In this document: one piece after another, positions 10,828-24,327 of the stretch
Layout: each line of letters begins with the position of its first letter
Position numbering within the stretch: the stretch's first letter is position 1
NCBI GenBank assembly: GCA_030141605.1
Contig: JAQGDQ010000242.1
Location: 1-64,000 of the forward strand
Direction: 5' to 3'
Length of the DNA: 64,000 bases
Source of the DNA: Tubiluchus corallicola
Lineage: Eukaryota > Animalia > Priapulida
Program-made: the position numbers and the translations under genes
The notes under the pieces: generated by a model
What the model saw: the letters and a program-made list of their open reading frames with translations, nothing else
What the model was told of the DNA's origin: nothing
Databases searched by the model: none

Positions 10828-12304
10828 CCATTTTAGGACAATTTCTGTTAAACTTGTGTTGTCTGTGACCAGTCGATTATTGCAACGCAAGTAAAATGAT
10901 TTACTTTACAATGCAAAAATTTACATGCGTGCAACATATATTAGTTTTTAATTTAGTTGAATTTTTTATACATTTTTTATTATATTAGCAGTAAAAATAG
11001 CACTGATGTGAAATAAATGTATTCAACAAATCACAGTGTGTATTACAGTGCATTTTTGTTGCATAGCAGTACTATTTTTCCAGTTACAGCAGTGACATTT
11101 CGTAGGGCTTACAGAGTTACCTTGCTAAGTATAAAATTCTGTTTTTTATCAATTTTCTGACTGACTCCCAGTATTTTGCTGTGGTGAAAAATTAATTGCT
11201 CAGTCCAAATAAAATATTTATATTGCAGGCTACATCGTGTGTTACCAGCTGCTAATAAATGTTTACAAATGGTGTAGTAATTGGTTAATGACAGGTGTTT
11301 ATACAATAAGACGAATATTTCCAAAGCACCTATACACCTATAATATACCTACATCAGTTATAATTTACTTAAATTACCCACACTGATAGTTTGTATAACT
11401 TAGCATCTTTTCCAGTCTGTGATATTTTTCAGTTGTGCATGAAATTTGCAAAATTTTAATAAAGGAAAATTCAAAGAAGAGAAAATAAGCTGCTCTGTTC
11501 TGTTTTGTTTTTATAGTTACGTAAGCATACAATGTGGTATGACTCTACATGTTATCTCTGAATTATGACTGTCTTAAAAAGTACTTGTCTATTGTATACG
11601 TATGTTAATCTCTGCACTGCAAGTAAATTCATAAAGAGGTGAAAACGTGAAACAACTGGTGCTGTAAAACATGCATCAAAAGAATTAGTGTTTTGTCATA
11701 ACTTTCAAACCAGCTGGAAGTAATGGTTTTGTGGCAATTAAGTCTGTTGTGTGTAAAGGTGTCAAGAAATTATTGCCCCCACCATTTACTGTCATTCACA
11801 ATTCTAGGGGGCATAAATGGACAATGACACAGTTCAATTGTATTGGTTTCTCAAATGGGAATGGTGTAGTGACCCATTCCTTCAAAAATTTCATTGATTT
11901 TGATTTCTGACAGAAAGAATTTTGGTTTCTGATAGAAAGAATTTTGGAAGCGCATTGAAAAGAATTTTTCAATAATAATGATTAAAATATTAAGAAATGC
12001 TTATCTATTTGAGATTACTTTTAAGAACAACAAGGCTGTCCTTTCCTGACACCTCGTACAAGTAATCTATTGGTCACTTCCAAAAGTGACCCATAACTTA
12101 AAGATAATGTGTGTTTTCAGTTTCAAAACTATGGAGATAATGGTTGCTTTATGGCTTAGTTATTTAAAGGTTTGATAGATGACTCCAAAAATGACAGCTA
12201 TTCAATAAGAATATATATAGGGGGTCACACTACACATATTTTCAGACACTGATATGCTGAGAAACATAAAATTTACTAAGATGCAGGAGCCAAAAAATAC
12301 TTGG

Positions 12305-12475
12305 TCACATAGACATTTATTTATCTCCTCATTTACACCAGAATACAAGTAGACTATTATTGCTATAGTTATTAATTAAAAAGGATAAATTATGCATAAA
12401 GGAAGGAGTTGGGGGGGGGGTGCAGGAGAAAGGGTAGCAATAGACCAATTGGTCATCAAGTCAGCTACCCTTCTC
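12305..12475 (-). mobile_element. LINE 3' end (stem-loop plus tail)
   Basis: Stem-loop at 12430-12472, then GGAGATAAATAAATGTCTATG on the minus strand; homologous to 61163-61318 and 17290-17480. Confidence 0.6.
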
Positions 12476-12559
12476 TGGTTAGTGTAACTTGTAAAAAATG
12501 TGTAGCGCTGTTAATTGAAAGGTGTAATATAATTGTGAAGTAGGCTAAGAAAATCAACT

Positions 12560-12775
12560 GTTAACTGTTTTTGCTTTCTATTGCTAAAAAAATCTGCTAT
12601 CCACGTAACTATACCTTCCCCAATCCCATATGTTCTCAACTTATGCAATAACCTTTTGTGGGACACTCTATCAAATGCTTTTTCAAAGTCCATATACACG
12701 ACATCCACATTTTCTCCACAATGCAGTGCTTCAGTCCGCATCTCTATTACTTATAAGAGCTGCAGGCTTGTTGAT
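12560..12775 (-). mobile_element. CR1-type LINE RT fragment
   Basis: DVVYMDFEKAFDRVSHKRLLHKLRTYGIGEGIVTWIADFFSNRKQ (ORF 12511..12741). Confidence 0.88.
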
Positions 12776-13615
12776 ATTCATGAAGTGGAATCACATATGT
12801 TCTACAAACTGAATAAAACTAAAGCTAATTGTACTCCAAAAAAATATATTTATCCAATATATTATCAAAACACACTCAGAATGTATTACTGCACATGCAA
12901 TAGTGCAGTAATCCACAATAATTATAGCAATAATTGAGCATATAGGTGGCCGTAGATTCAAAAACTCCAATTTTGTGCTTTTAGCTAGGCAGTCATTCAC
13001 TGCTTAAATGTAAGGGGAAAATAATTATCTAATTTCTAAAAATCGCGTATCCAAAAAGTGTACATCAATCTGCTTCCCGACCACTTCAGCTTTATTATTA
13101 TTGTATTAGTTCCGTCATCTGTGGACAGATGGCGAAGCAATACTCGTAAACAAAATCGGCAGCCGTCGTGCAGCACCTGTAGCATTGCAAATTATTCTAA
13201 ATAAATACAAATTTTATGACTAACGGGGTGGTGCAAACGATGGTAATTACACCTTCAGCTATTTTTTAAACTAATCTGAGTAAACCCGTAATAATTGTTT
13301 GTTTCAGTTTGTAATAAAACTGCTGAAATTCTTACTGCATTATCGCAGAATTGTGTAGTGATGTAGTAGGTCCCTAGATATTGGTATTGGTAGAACTGCA
13401 TGGTGCCACTGGTGTGTACAGCACTGAAATTGCCAGAGGCTTTTCGTGCATGGTAACGTCACACCTTTCGAGTTTCGAGCATTCGGGTAGAGAGGCTAGC
13501 TCGGGTATATAATAGTTATTTGCACTCAAGTCTTTCAAAGAGAAATTTTGCTTGTTCTGCATTGTAATGTTGAGTTTAAATTGATTTATACATGTTACTT
13601 CATCTAGACAGCACA

Positions 13616-16600
13616 ATGGGTGAAAAAATCTTATACAACGTAACAGAATGGATTGAAGAAAACAAGAAAGACTTTCATCCACCAATTTGTAATCGACTAA
13701 TGTAAGTTAGTTGCATGCCAGTTTTTAAATTTGTAATTTTATGGTAATTTTTGTGTTTTTATCTGTTGGTTGACTGTTCAGTGATATTACAATGAGTTGT
13801 CTTGCGGATTCCCGGATGGATTACGTTAAATTCTGAGATGTGGTTATTGCCCAAAATACTCTATCTGTATTTTTCCTGTTACAATATTACAAAAAATACT
13901 GTTGTGGGTTTTTTTATAAATGTAATTATCAGAAAGAAATTTCTTTGTATTTTAATTTTTTTATCTTGTTCCATAATTAGGCATGGCAAGCAGGTGAAGG
14001 TGATGTTTGTTGGTGGACCAAACACCCGCTCTGATTACCATATAGAAAAAGGAGAGGAAGTAAGTTTAAACAATGTTTATAATTAATAAAAATTAATAGC
14101 AACATTAAACAATGTTTATAATTAATAAGAATGAATAGCATTCATAAATAAATAAAACTCTGAGTTCCAAATAACTCGATGAACATTAATACGTGTCACT
14201 GTATAAAGCTGTGTGCACATATTTTGTGTTTACACCTTGCACACTGCATAAATCATGCATTTTTTGAATTTTAGTTCCCTTTAAACACAGTATACACAAG
14301 TAGTTAAGGCATCGAGCTATATTACCAGCTAATTTGCATTTTACATTGCTTTTGGCAATGGCACAAATTCAGAAGTGTAATATTTTATTTTTAAAATGTC
14401 TGCCGCTGATTTGTTCCTGAGGAACTCAAATCTCAATAATTCAATTTAATTTTCAGTTATTTTTCCAAGTCAAAGGTGATATGTGCTTGAAAATTATGGA
14501 GAAAGGACAGCCAAAAGATATTCATATAAAAGAGGGAGAGGTAACTATTGTGAAAAAGTGTTGATGTGGCGTACAGACCTCAAAGAAAGACAGAAGTCAT
14601 GTAATTTTGGTTTGTGTGTCGATAGTTCAAAATACTGTTTGCATAAGCCAAATAATTCCTATGATCATTGTATTGATGTATTGTGCTCGTTCATTCAGAC
14701 GTGCGGAAACACTATTTCTGTATACTTTGCGATTCCTACTAGTGGAATAAGTGAACTTGTGGTGGTATCTGAATCATAATGAAATGTTATGAAAAATAGA
14801 AAGCGATTATTGTTTTTTCTGATGTGTGCCTTTTTTAGATGTTCTTATTGCCAGCTCGCATACCACATTCACCGCAGAGAGTAGCAAACACAGTTGGACT
14901 GGTCATAGAGCGAGAACGCTTCACCACGGAATTAGACTGTCTTAGGTATGGGCTTAGTGATTCTGTAGGAACAAGAATAGCTTTAGTTTTACTTCTGTCT
15001 GCTATGCTGTAGGCTGCTTGTGAAGTTACTTTTGTCGGGAGCAGAGGAGGACACTAACCGAAGTGTTCACATGGACTGCCCAAGTAGGACACTAGAGACA
15101 GGTCGCGAGTTGAGTCTCTAACCGTACTGGCAGCGTCCGTTGTCCTTGTTTATTTTTAATAAAAAAATTTGACAATGTCAGTATACATTGGATAATTTAT
15201 TATACACCTGGTAAAATAAAAGAATCTTATTCTGAGCTTGTCATATGAGCAGTATTAAATCTGTCTATGGCCATATCACGTTGAAAACACCGGTTCTCGT
15301 CTGATCACCGAAGTTAAGCAACGTAGAGCCTGGTTAGTACTTGGATGGGTGACCGCCAAGGAATACCAGGTGCTGTAGGCTTGTGGGATGCCCACACTGT
15401 ATCTCGACACTAGGCAGAGGAGCTGCACATGCGCAAGGGCTAGAGGGTGGAGGAGGTCAACTGACCCAATGGCCATGTGTAGAGGAGTAAACCTTCCAAA
15501 TCAGGAGTGGAGGCCCCGAAGGCGGACCTGTGCAGCATGTTTACTGACTCCGGAGCTTGAGCCAACCTGGTGCCAAACGTATTGCTCTGCTTTCCTTTGG
15601 ACTACACCAGGGAGGAAGAGAGGGGGTTCCTGTTGTCTGGGCAACTCAGGATCTCTATACACCTTGCCCAGGTGTGTGCCCTGGAGAGGCCACTCCAGTG
15701 GTTCAAGGATCGGACTGCTCAGCCACAGTCGACACTGCAGCTCCATCAATGTGATCAATAACTGACTGTCTTGGCGCACTCTTCATTGTCTTCCAAGACA
15801 GAAGGTTGCCAACAACAGTATTAAATCTGGCTTCGAGATTAATCCTTTTGAAGTGAAATAAGCCCGCTTTTTAGGCGATTTCAACATTTGGTTAAGGTAT
15901 ATCATTTTTGATTTTGTTTTGCTTCACACACAGGTGATCTGTTTCACTACCTCTTCTCTTAAGTAAACGGGCTGGCGAGCCATGTACAGCCGCATGGTAT
16001 ACACTATACAAGATACTGAGACATTAATTCTCTATTACAATACTGTTTAGATTATTGAAATTAATTGTCTTTGCCTTTCCTCAATGTTAGAACTTACTTT
16101 TTCGTGTTGTGAAAGTTTATATCAGCATCTGTTTCATTTTTAAACTTGTGAGAGAAATTCCTGTGCCCTACTTGGGGCTGTCCATGTACAACACTGGTGT
16201 CCTAGTGTCCTACATGGGCTGCTAGTGTCCTACTTTGGCTAGTGGTATACTCCGTGCCCTACAACTTTTATCAGCATCTGTGGACTGCACGAAATGCTCA
16301 AACTGACAATTCGTTTCAACACTGTGACAGAACAAAATAAATTTCCTGTAAAAGAAACGACTGTACCACCTGTTTAGAGGAAAAATATTTCACCTTAATC
16401 ATGTTTGAACACTAAAAACATGAATGTGAAATTCCCCTGACCTAAAAAATGTTGCTTATCACAATTGCAAACTTGCTAATTATCATTATTAGTCTTTTGT
16501 ATATCGTAATTATTAACATGGTTAGCAGGTTTTAACTTTCAGTTCTTTTACATTATTGCAGATGCATACATTAATATCTAAAGTGCTACAAACTACAGTA

Positions 16601-19600
16601 CAAGTGAATTCTGTAACACACTAAAGCTTAGCTTGGGACACATTTTTGAAGATAAATGATGTTCTGAATGTCAAATGTCTGAACAACCCGCATAACTGGT
16701 TTCTAAACTTTTCTGCATTCTGACTAATAACGAGGTCATCTTCAACCCACAGGCATATTCTGTCCCGGCTACAATTTTTCTTTCGCACAGCAGTTTAAAA
16801 TTAAGCACATTATTTATGTCCAGCCAAAATTTGTCAGTATTATTACTTTACATTACAAACATGCTTTTTTATGCTAGAAGTTTATTTATTTATTGACAAA
16901 GTTAGGATCAGTAAACAAAGTCAATTTCTGTAGCAGTGAACTTATAGTTTCTTATTACTTTAAAACACTGCAAAATCAGATGCACTTGAAAGTATGTTAG
17001 CTCCTCTTAGTTAATGGTAAGTCAAGTAGATGGCAGCACGAATGCTATAAACGTTGCTAATGATAGTGTAATTACGTTTGTTGACAAAAAATGATGCAAC
17101 AGAATTAGTTAACTTAGAAATGATTTTAATAATCTGAAACAAGACCTTGTGTGTTTCTGTATTGTCTAAACTGTGTCTTATTGACATCTACTGGATTTAA
17201 TAACAGTTTCTTTGAAGTTGTTTCATAATTACCTTAAAATATGTGCAGGTTTTTTTTGTTCACACTAGTTTGCAGTTTTACTAAGCTGCAAGATTAAGAT
17301 TAAGATTGTTTACTTATCTCCTTTAATTTTGACTGTACTTAATAGATATAATAATAATTGTGACAATTTACAAGCTAATAAGTGTATGTTAGTAGCCTAT
17401 TTGGTGTTAAAAAGATAGGTTAATTGTATGGAGAAAGGGTGGCAAAAGACCATACAGTCAACTAAGTCAGATACACCTATTTACAGATTTAACACCTTTG
17501 CACATGGGTGGATTATAGTTCATTTATAATATTATTGATTTCCGAAATTCCTTCAATGAAGTTCATTTTAGCGTAATAAAGAAAAACAATGTAAAAGTTA
17601 TTCACATCTTAAAGGACAAATAAAGCAAAAACAAAATTAAATGATATAACATACTAATTATAATATAACATGACATTTGAGAAGTAGCATTGTGTATAAT
17701 GAGAACGGTAATTGTGAAAGTAAAGTCATGCATAAAACTCAAATTTGTGCAATATGCACTGACAAAACAGAAGAGAATCAAAAAGCGTATCAATAAGATA
17801 ACTCAAAATAAATAAAGACTAAATTAATAAAAATGCTGGACATAATTCCAACGTGCAGATTTCATTTACAAAACTATATATATATATATATATATATAAG
17901 TGTCTTGCATATGTTTCAGGTATTACTGTCCAGACAATAAAGAAGTTCTATGGGAGAAGTGGTTTTTTTGTAAAGACTTGGTTGTTGATCTGCCACCAGC
18001 GGTTAGAGAGTACGTAACTTGCCGTTCCTTCCATGGCTCGTACAATACCGTACTTGTTTATCAGAATCACGCTAACATGTACATCCTTAAGCTAGTTGAG
18101 TTTTTGCCGATTACTGTTTAATTTGTGGTACTAATTAACTCTTTCACTACATAGTTGCTTTTTAACTGGGCCACATTGACTTTTGTTCATTTGACAATAA
18201 CTTCTTGTGATGTGTTACTAAAACAGAATATTGTAAATAAACAAATAGTTGTTCATTATTAAGTACTAATATTAAATATTAGTTCTGTTTCTACTCATGC
18301 ACACATACATGAGCACACACATGTATGTGCACTCACACATGCACACGCACGCACACACACACACACACACACACATGCACATCCTCATAAACAAGCATGT
18401 ACTTATATTCAGAAACCAGTTTTCACAAAAAACACAAAACTAATCCATAATCTGGAATCATTCTATAAGAATGCAGAACAATCAACTAAACATACGTTTC
18501 ATCAATGATCTACAAGTGATTTTGCATTAGAACGTATTATACAGTACAGTATTGTGGAATGTATCTGGCTTCAGATGCTGATTGGCTGGTTAGCGTTACT
18601 TGTTGGGAAGCAACCCCAATCGCACGGCTGTTAAACTTTTCTACAATGTTTTGCATGTTAGTGAAATCAACAGACCTGGGTGACTGCGCTTAGTGCTGAG
18701 CTTGGGCGGCAGTCTACCGTTGCCTTCCGTCCCTTGCATGAAAAATATGTGGCAGTGTGTGCTGCCTTCCTTAATGAAAGGGTTAAGCAGACATTGGTAA
18801 AGATGATGAAACAATAAATATTTGTTGTAGCATAATGAAATGTTCCTGAGAATGAAAATGTATGTTTTACAGATACAAAGCATCGGAGCAGTTTCGTACA
18901 CAACAGCCTGTAAAAGGTATACACTACACAATGTTCATGTTCTAAATTTGCATTGTTAAACAGTTGCCTGTGTGTAAATCATTGCGGATAATGAAAGCGA
19001 TTTTAGCTAAAACGTAAAGATCAAACAATAAAACTTACAGCTTTATTCCATTATCTATCATAACGAAGTTAAATTGTTTACAAAAACAAAATTAGTATGT
19101 ATGACACAACTGATTGTATTAAAGTTAAAGCACAACAAAACTTCTGGTTTCAAAATGATTTGACACCTAAAAAGTGGGACTTCTGAATATCTGTCAAAAA
19201 ATTATGACTTGGTGAGAAATCAGTTAATTAGTAGCTAGCTATTTTTTTCAGTAATACATGTGTGTTTGTAAGAGAGAAGTGCTTTTAGAGGAAGATTTAT
19301 AGTAAAAACGAAGCACTACATTACTTAGTTTAACCAGTGGTATCAAGTTAAAGTACAAAATGCATACAACTGCGACAAAAATTGGTCGGGTCCAATGGAA
19401 AGTAACAAAGGACCACATAAGTCATGCTGAAACAGCAAACAATTAGATAAGCTTAGTATTAGAAAGCTACAATTTATCTCTTATAGTACCCTTTATTATT
19501 TTTGTTGATTTTTAGTAAAAAAATATGTTGTTGAATTTCACCAGTTGATGAATTATAAAACAGTTTAGTCTTGCTTGGTTAGAACATAAAATTCCTAACA

Positions 19601-22031
19601 GTTGTCAGCTTAATCATACATTAAATCACTTTGTAGGTTTTGTAAAAGATCCCCCATATCCTCTTGATGTGTCTACAGAGGTTGACGAACCATTCCAATT
19701 TCGGACGTGGCTGAATGCCAACAAAGCTGAAATACATTCACAGGGCCATAAATGGGTGTTCAAAGATGACAACCAAACAGGAGTACGTATAAACGTGGCT
19801 TCAGTTCAGTAACTACAATGGAAACAGTTCCCAAAGCCATTTAATTATTAGTGAATTTACTGCATCCGTTTCTATTCTGTACCTTGAATTGCGAGAATGT
19901 ATTTATGCTTGCAACGATGTGTTGTTCAATTGCTAGGTTAACCACTCGCTGTTGAAAATTTGATCATATCGCTCCAATACTCAGAGAATTGTACTGGTTG
20001 CCTGTTGAGTACAGAATTAAATTTAAAATAAATTTGATAACTTACAAAGGATTTAATGGTCTGCTTCCTACTTACATGTCAGACCTTCTTAAACTATGTG
20101 TCCCCCACAGAACATTAAAATCTAGCTCAAACAGCAGTAATCTTGAAGCCCCACATACCGGGCTTATCACATAGCCGCTGCAATTACGCCTGATTAGGTC
20201 GCTAGATAATTTTCTCTGAAAACTTACTACTTTAATGAAGTCGCCTGTAGTTGAGATAATCTTTCATTTTCTATGATTGTGTATGTTTTGTGGCATTGCT
20301 TTTATTATCTTACTAAATTTTCCATGTTTTTATTATTTTTCCTTTTTTGTCAAATTCAGTGTACTTTTAATCAATGTGCCATGGTTTTTATATATCTTAT
20401 CAACTAACTTTTTATTAATTTTGGTGATCTTTTACTTGATCATCGCGTAAAATGCAGTAAAAATATTCAATAAATTATTATTATTATTGTTATTATTATT
20501 GGTAATTTTACTAGGTTTATCCTAGGTAGGTGAATGTTGGCATAAACACATAAAAATTGAGTTTATTAATTCGCAGCTAGCTATGGCAATGGGAGTTTGA
20601 AATTAATTGGCACTAGTTTTGCGTTTGTTCTTCTTACAATGTGCTGTCCTTGTCTAAACAGGCTAATCATTTTAGTAATTTACAATGGGCAATTGTTTAC
20701 CCGTTAAATGCTTGGCGTTAGTTTAACAGTAAGTTAAACTAGAACAAACTACTACTACTACTAAATGGTCATTTTTACAGGTTATTGTTTATGGCGCTGG
20801 AGAGAATAGTGATGTGAACAGCAATTACGACATATGGATGTGGCAGTTGGTGAGTTTTGAAAGTGTTTTGCAACTCTCGCTTTACATTTTGAAATTCGAT
20901 ATCTAGTACTCGTTTGCATTGTTGTTGTTCTTGTGATTAATTTGCTTCGAAGTCACGGCTTATTTGGTTCACGTTATTTACATTCTGCATCGCGAGTTGT
21001 ATATCAACTCAATTTGTTGACACCATAATAATACAGTATAGCTACACTGAATTGCTGTCGGCACAATTTCCGTTAATTTCATTTTGCCAGTACGCTTGTA
21101 ATACGTACACACATATTTTGGAAAAATACTTCATTTTAAAAACTGGGTTGTTGATAATGAAATTAGTAATTACTTAGAAGTTCGTCGAGCATCGCAGACA
21201 TTCATTAGCAAGATTTTCTTATTAAAGTTTGGCATTTGCATTGCATTTCACAATGCTCAAAAAACGTCCTTGTATATTGTAGAGTTCTGCATTTGTACAA
21301 ATCTTTTTTAATGTTGCTATTTCATCTACTGGCAACAAGTTTTGATTCCACAGAGTAGAAAGCTATCAAAAGATCATTTTTAGATGCTTTTGCTTGTATT
21401 TTGCAGGAAGGTTTATCTGTTGTGAAAACGTGCAACAAAACCTATGAAGTTCGAGCCGATGATTCGATTCTTATTCCGTGCAATGAAAGGTGAGTTAAAA
21501 TTAAATAAAGCATTTCAGCTTAAGTTTACAATTTCTCACACACAACATATTAGTTCGAGAAGCGGATTAGGGTTAGAGTTAGTTTTAGGGTTAGGCTTGG
21601 GGTTAGGATATTTAAATTGTGTGGGGAATTGTAAACTCTTTCCAGCATTTTAATATATATTGTATTTTGCATAATATCAGATTAATTTCACTGAATTTTG
21701 TATCCCACACAGTTGCATATTCAAGCCAGTAACCCGTTTTGCATTTTTTTTTACCTTTGCTGTTTGGTTCGTACTTGTCATGTATGCAAAAATTCTGTGT
21801 TTTGAGACTAATGAAACAGTATATCATGGCATTCAGTTGTAAAATGTCTGGTTATGATAAGTATCTTCTAGTACATTTGCAGAAAAATAGTTCATTCTCA
21901 GTATTATCATTAATTGTTGGTTTAAATACGTAAATTTACTATTTTCATTCACTTTACACAGGTATGAAGCCAGCAGACCGAAAAACTCTCTTTGCCTCTT
22001 TGTTTATATGGACCCTCAAAAAACGAAGTAA
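13616..22031 (+). CDS. HAAO: 3-hydroxyanthranilate 3,4-dioxygenase, ~285 aa, 10 coding exons
   Basis: Exons 13616-13701, 13981-14059, 14457-14540, 14839-14945, 17920-18009, 18873-18916, 19637-19782, 20781-20849, 21407-21489, 21962-22031; all GT-AG with consistent phases. Motifs [63 protein letters not shown]. Confidence 0.96.
15263..15382 (+). rRNA. 5S rRNA-like sequence serving as a SINE head, probably not a functional 5S gene
   Basis: GTCTATGGCCATATCACGTTGAAAACACCGGTTCTCGTCTGATCACCGAAGTTAAGCAACG...GGATGGGTGACCGCCAAGGAATACCAGGTGCTGTAGGCTT; internal promoter boxes are recognisable; AAGG replaces the canonical TGGG. Confidence 0.8.
15263..15815 (+). mobile_element. 5S rRNA-derived SINE (SINE3) with RTE-derived 3' end
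   Basis: Full-length 5S head at 15263-15382 with no oligo-T terminator; tail encodes [12 protein letters not shown] (RTE ORF C-terminal motif); hairpin CTGTCTTGG...CCAAGACAG; (CAA)n end; perfect 13-bp TSD CAGTATTAAATCT at 15250-15262 and 15816-15828. Confidence 0.9.
17290..17480 (-). mobile_element. LINE 3' end (stem-loop plus (AATCTT)n tail)
   Basis: Stem-loop variant at 17436-17478 and a GGAGATAAGTAAAC(AATCTT)3 tail on the minus strand. Confidence 0.55.
19950..20180 (+). mobile_element. L2-type LINE ORF2 C-terminal fragment
   Basis: [44 protein letters not shown], the typical L2 post-RT motif. Confidence 0.85.
21522..21638. repeat. Mini inverted-repeat element enclosing degenerate TTAGGG repeats
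   Basis: AGTTTACAATTTCTCACACACAA ... TTGTGTGGGGAATTGTAAACT flank TTAGGG/TTAGAG/TTAGGC/TTGGGG units at 21567-21608. Confidence 0.6.
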
Positions 22032-24327
22032 TATACTGCACAAAACATATCATTAGCTCTAGTATTCGGGTTTAAATTAGTTTACAGTAACTAGTCATTG
22101 GTTGCCATGTTATAGAAAGTAGAAACTAGTTGCGGTTTCAAAAAATCGGCAAGGTTATTTTTGTGCAAACAATGTTGCCAGTTTGGTTGTGACAAGAATA
22201 TTTTGTACAACTTTCAATTTTTTTTACCATTATAATTATGTAATTTTATATTAAGGAATTTTATGATAACGAATGCTAATAGTGAGATATATCAGTATTT
22301 TTATTATGACTTGCAATAATCTTTATTAACACTGTGGTTCAAATTTCTGTTATTGTCTAGAGTTTATTAGATTATAGCTGCATACTAATGCATAGAAATG
22401 TGATATAAGGTGCATTAATTTAGACAGTATTACACATTTATTGTAAACTTGCTAATGATTTTTTATGCTACTAGAGTGTTACATCATTTTGATCATTATT
22501 TTTATATTTTTAAAATTCAAAATGTCGTTTATGATTTATAGTTAGTTAGGCAGAATGATGAAATATGTATCGTAATTGTTAAAATATTGCAATTCGATTA
22601 TCATTACTGCACAGAATTTATAAGAAAAATGTATACAATATACATTTGCCTGCAGGGCTAAATGCTTGAGCAGTAAAATATACTTGCGTTACAGTATTGT
22701 GGAAGGTTTAAGCTAGGTTTAAACTAAATTTTGACTTTTGGCATTATGTAACATTGTTGCTACATGAAGCCAGTGAACATGCTTAAAAATCCGTCAATTT
22801 TCATGCTTTCATCTGACTAGTATTGTAGCATATCTTATGGTAGAACTAAAATAAATTAATAATCGATAGATACTAGAGAGTTGTAATTAAGAACAAAGTG
22901 TGAATTAGTTTAATGTAATTTTTTTGTGAAGCATACAGAGACACAACCTGTACTAGTCCAATGGTTGTTACTATGAACAAATAAAAATTTTAGAAATTAT
23001 CCTGCATACTTAATACTGCAGAGCTAAAGAAAAACATTAATGGTAAAATTTCTGCACACTTAAAACAAATAATTTTCACGTTTCTGCCAAACTAAAATAT
23101 TAGTGAATTGCTCAATTATGATAGCTCATCGAATACAATTGATGTCGTCGAAAAACTAGATTGCGCAAGAACCTATTTTAACTGTAATGAAATATGCTGT
23201 GTGTGATTGTATAATAGCTTTCTTATAGCTTACGTACCTAATGGTTTATTAATTCTGTGATAAAAGTATTTTAAATACTATAGTTTTGATATGAAAAATT
23301 GTTGTCGGTATAATAAGATTAGATAGCACTTATAAGCCAGGTACAAAGTACCAACATTTTTTCTTATTGTTGTAAGTATAAGAAATTGGTGTGAGGTATG
23401 AGAAAATTTAGGTAGAATCTGTTATCCAATGTAAATCCACACATTTTATTAAGTCGTTGAGAGTTATACTGGAACTTAAATATAATAAAATGTTTGAGGA
23501 ATATTTTTGCAATGTACATTAAAGTGTTTATCAAGTTACATATATGTATCAAGAAATGTAAACAATAGTGTATTATTACACTACATGCAGTTAATTTAGC
23601 TACAGCATTAAACGGTTAAGATGACATTTTTGAATGTAGCTTGTTTAGTAAAACTGCAATAAAAAATGAATAGAAACATTACATTAATAATAATAACTTA
23701 TCTGATTAAGTAAGGATAAACCAATTAGCTTGCTATAACATTTACACAGAAAATCATACAAAAAATCAGAACTTAATTCAACTAATCAGCATAGAGGTTG
23801 TTAACAAAACAATAAAAACATAAAAAAATTAGGAGAAAAAGGTCTTTTTTGCAGACAAGTAAACCAATAGAATGGAGTTATTTCTATCAAATAATTAAGT
23901 TGTAATTACTCGAGGCATACTTTATGGCTGTCTATAAATGCGTGGAATGAATAGCTGTGCAAAATTTAATTTCCGATATATATACCTGCAGTGCAACAAT
24001 AGTAACATACGTAATAATACTAAAATCTGCATCTACTACGTGCGAGACAGTTCCAAAATCAAATTGGAAATTTATAGTCTCTTTTTCTTATTAGCTTTGA
24101 TTTGCTTTGGTAATTGTCAATAAACAAATGTCAATTTTGCAATGTAGCGACTTTAAGTAGCATTAATTGCCAATGGCTGCTATACAACTTTTTAAATGCC
24201 ATTAAATGTTTGTACGAGAAGGTCAATGGTTTTTCCTTTGTAAGCTATTCCAACATGCAATGTGTAGTAAATTTCTAATCACCTCAAATTGAATAACACA
24301 GCTATACTCGTATTGCAACTGGCCAGG

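Larger units (their letters stand above)
15033..16263. mobile_element. Non-autonomous TIR DNA element with TGT...ACA ends (copy 1, interrupted by a SINE)
   Basis: 5-bp TSD ACTTT (15028-15032 / 16264-16268), imperfect TIRs, GTCCTAC subterminal repeats; colinear in reverse complement with 60133-61162. Confidence 0.8.

Noticed and set aside
15263-15382. Functional 5S rRNA gene
   Set aside because: No oligo-T terminator, solitary, fused to an RTE-like tail and bounded by a TSD.
15388-15779. Overlapping ORFs in the SINE body as genes
   Set aside because: Products of GC-rich SINE sequence; only the short RTE C-terminal remnant is meaningful.
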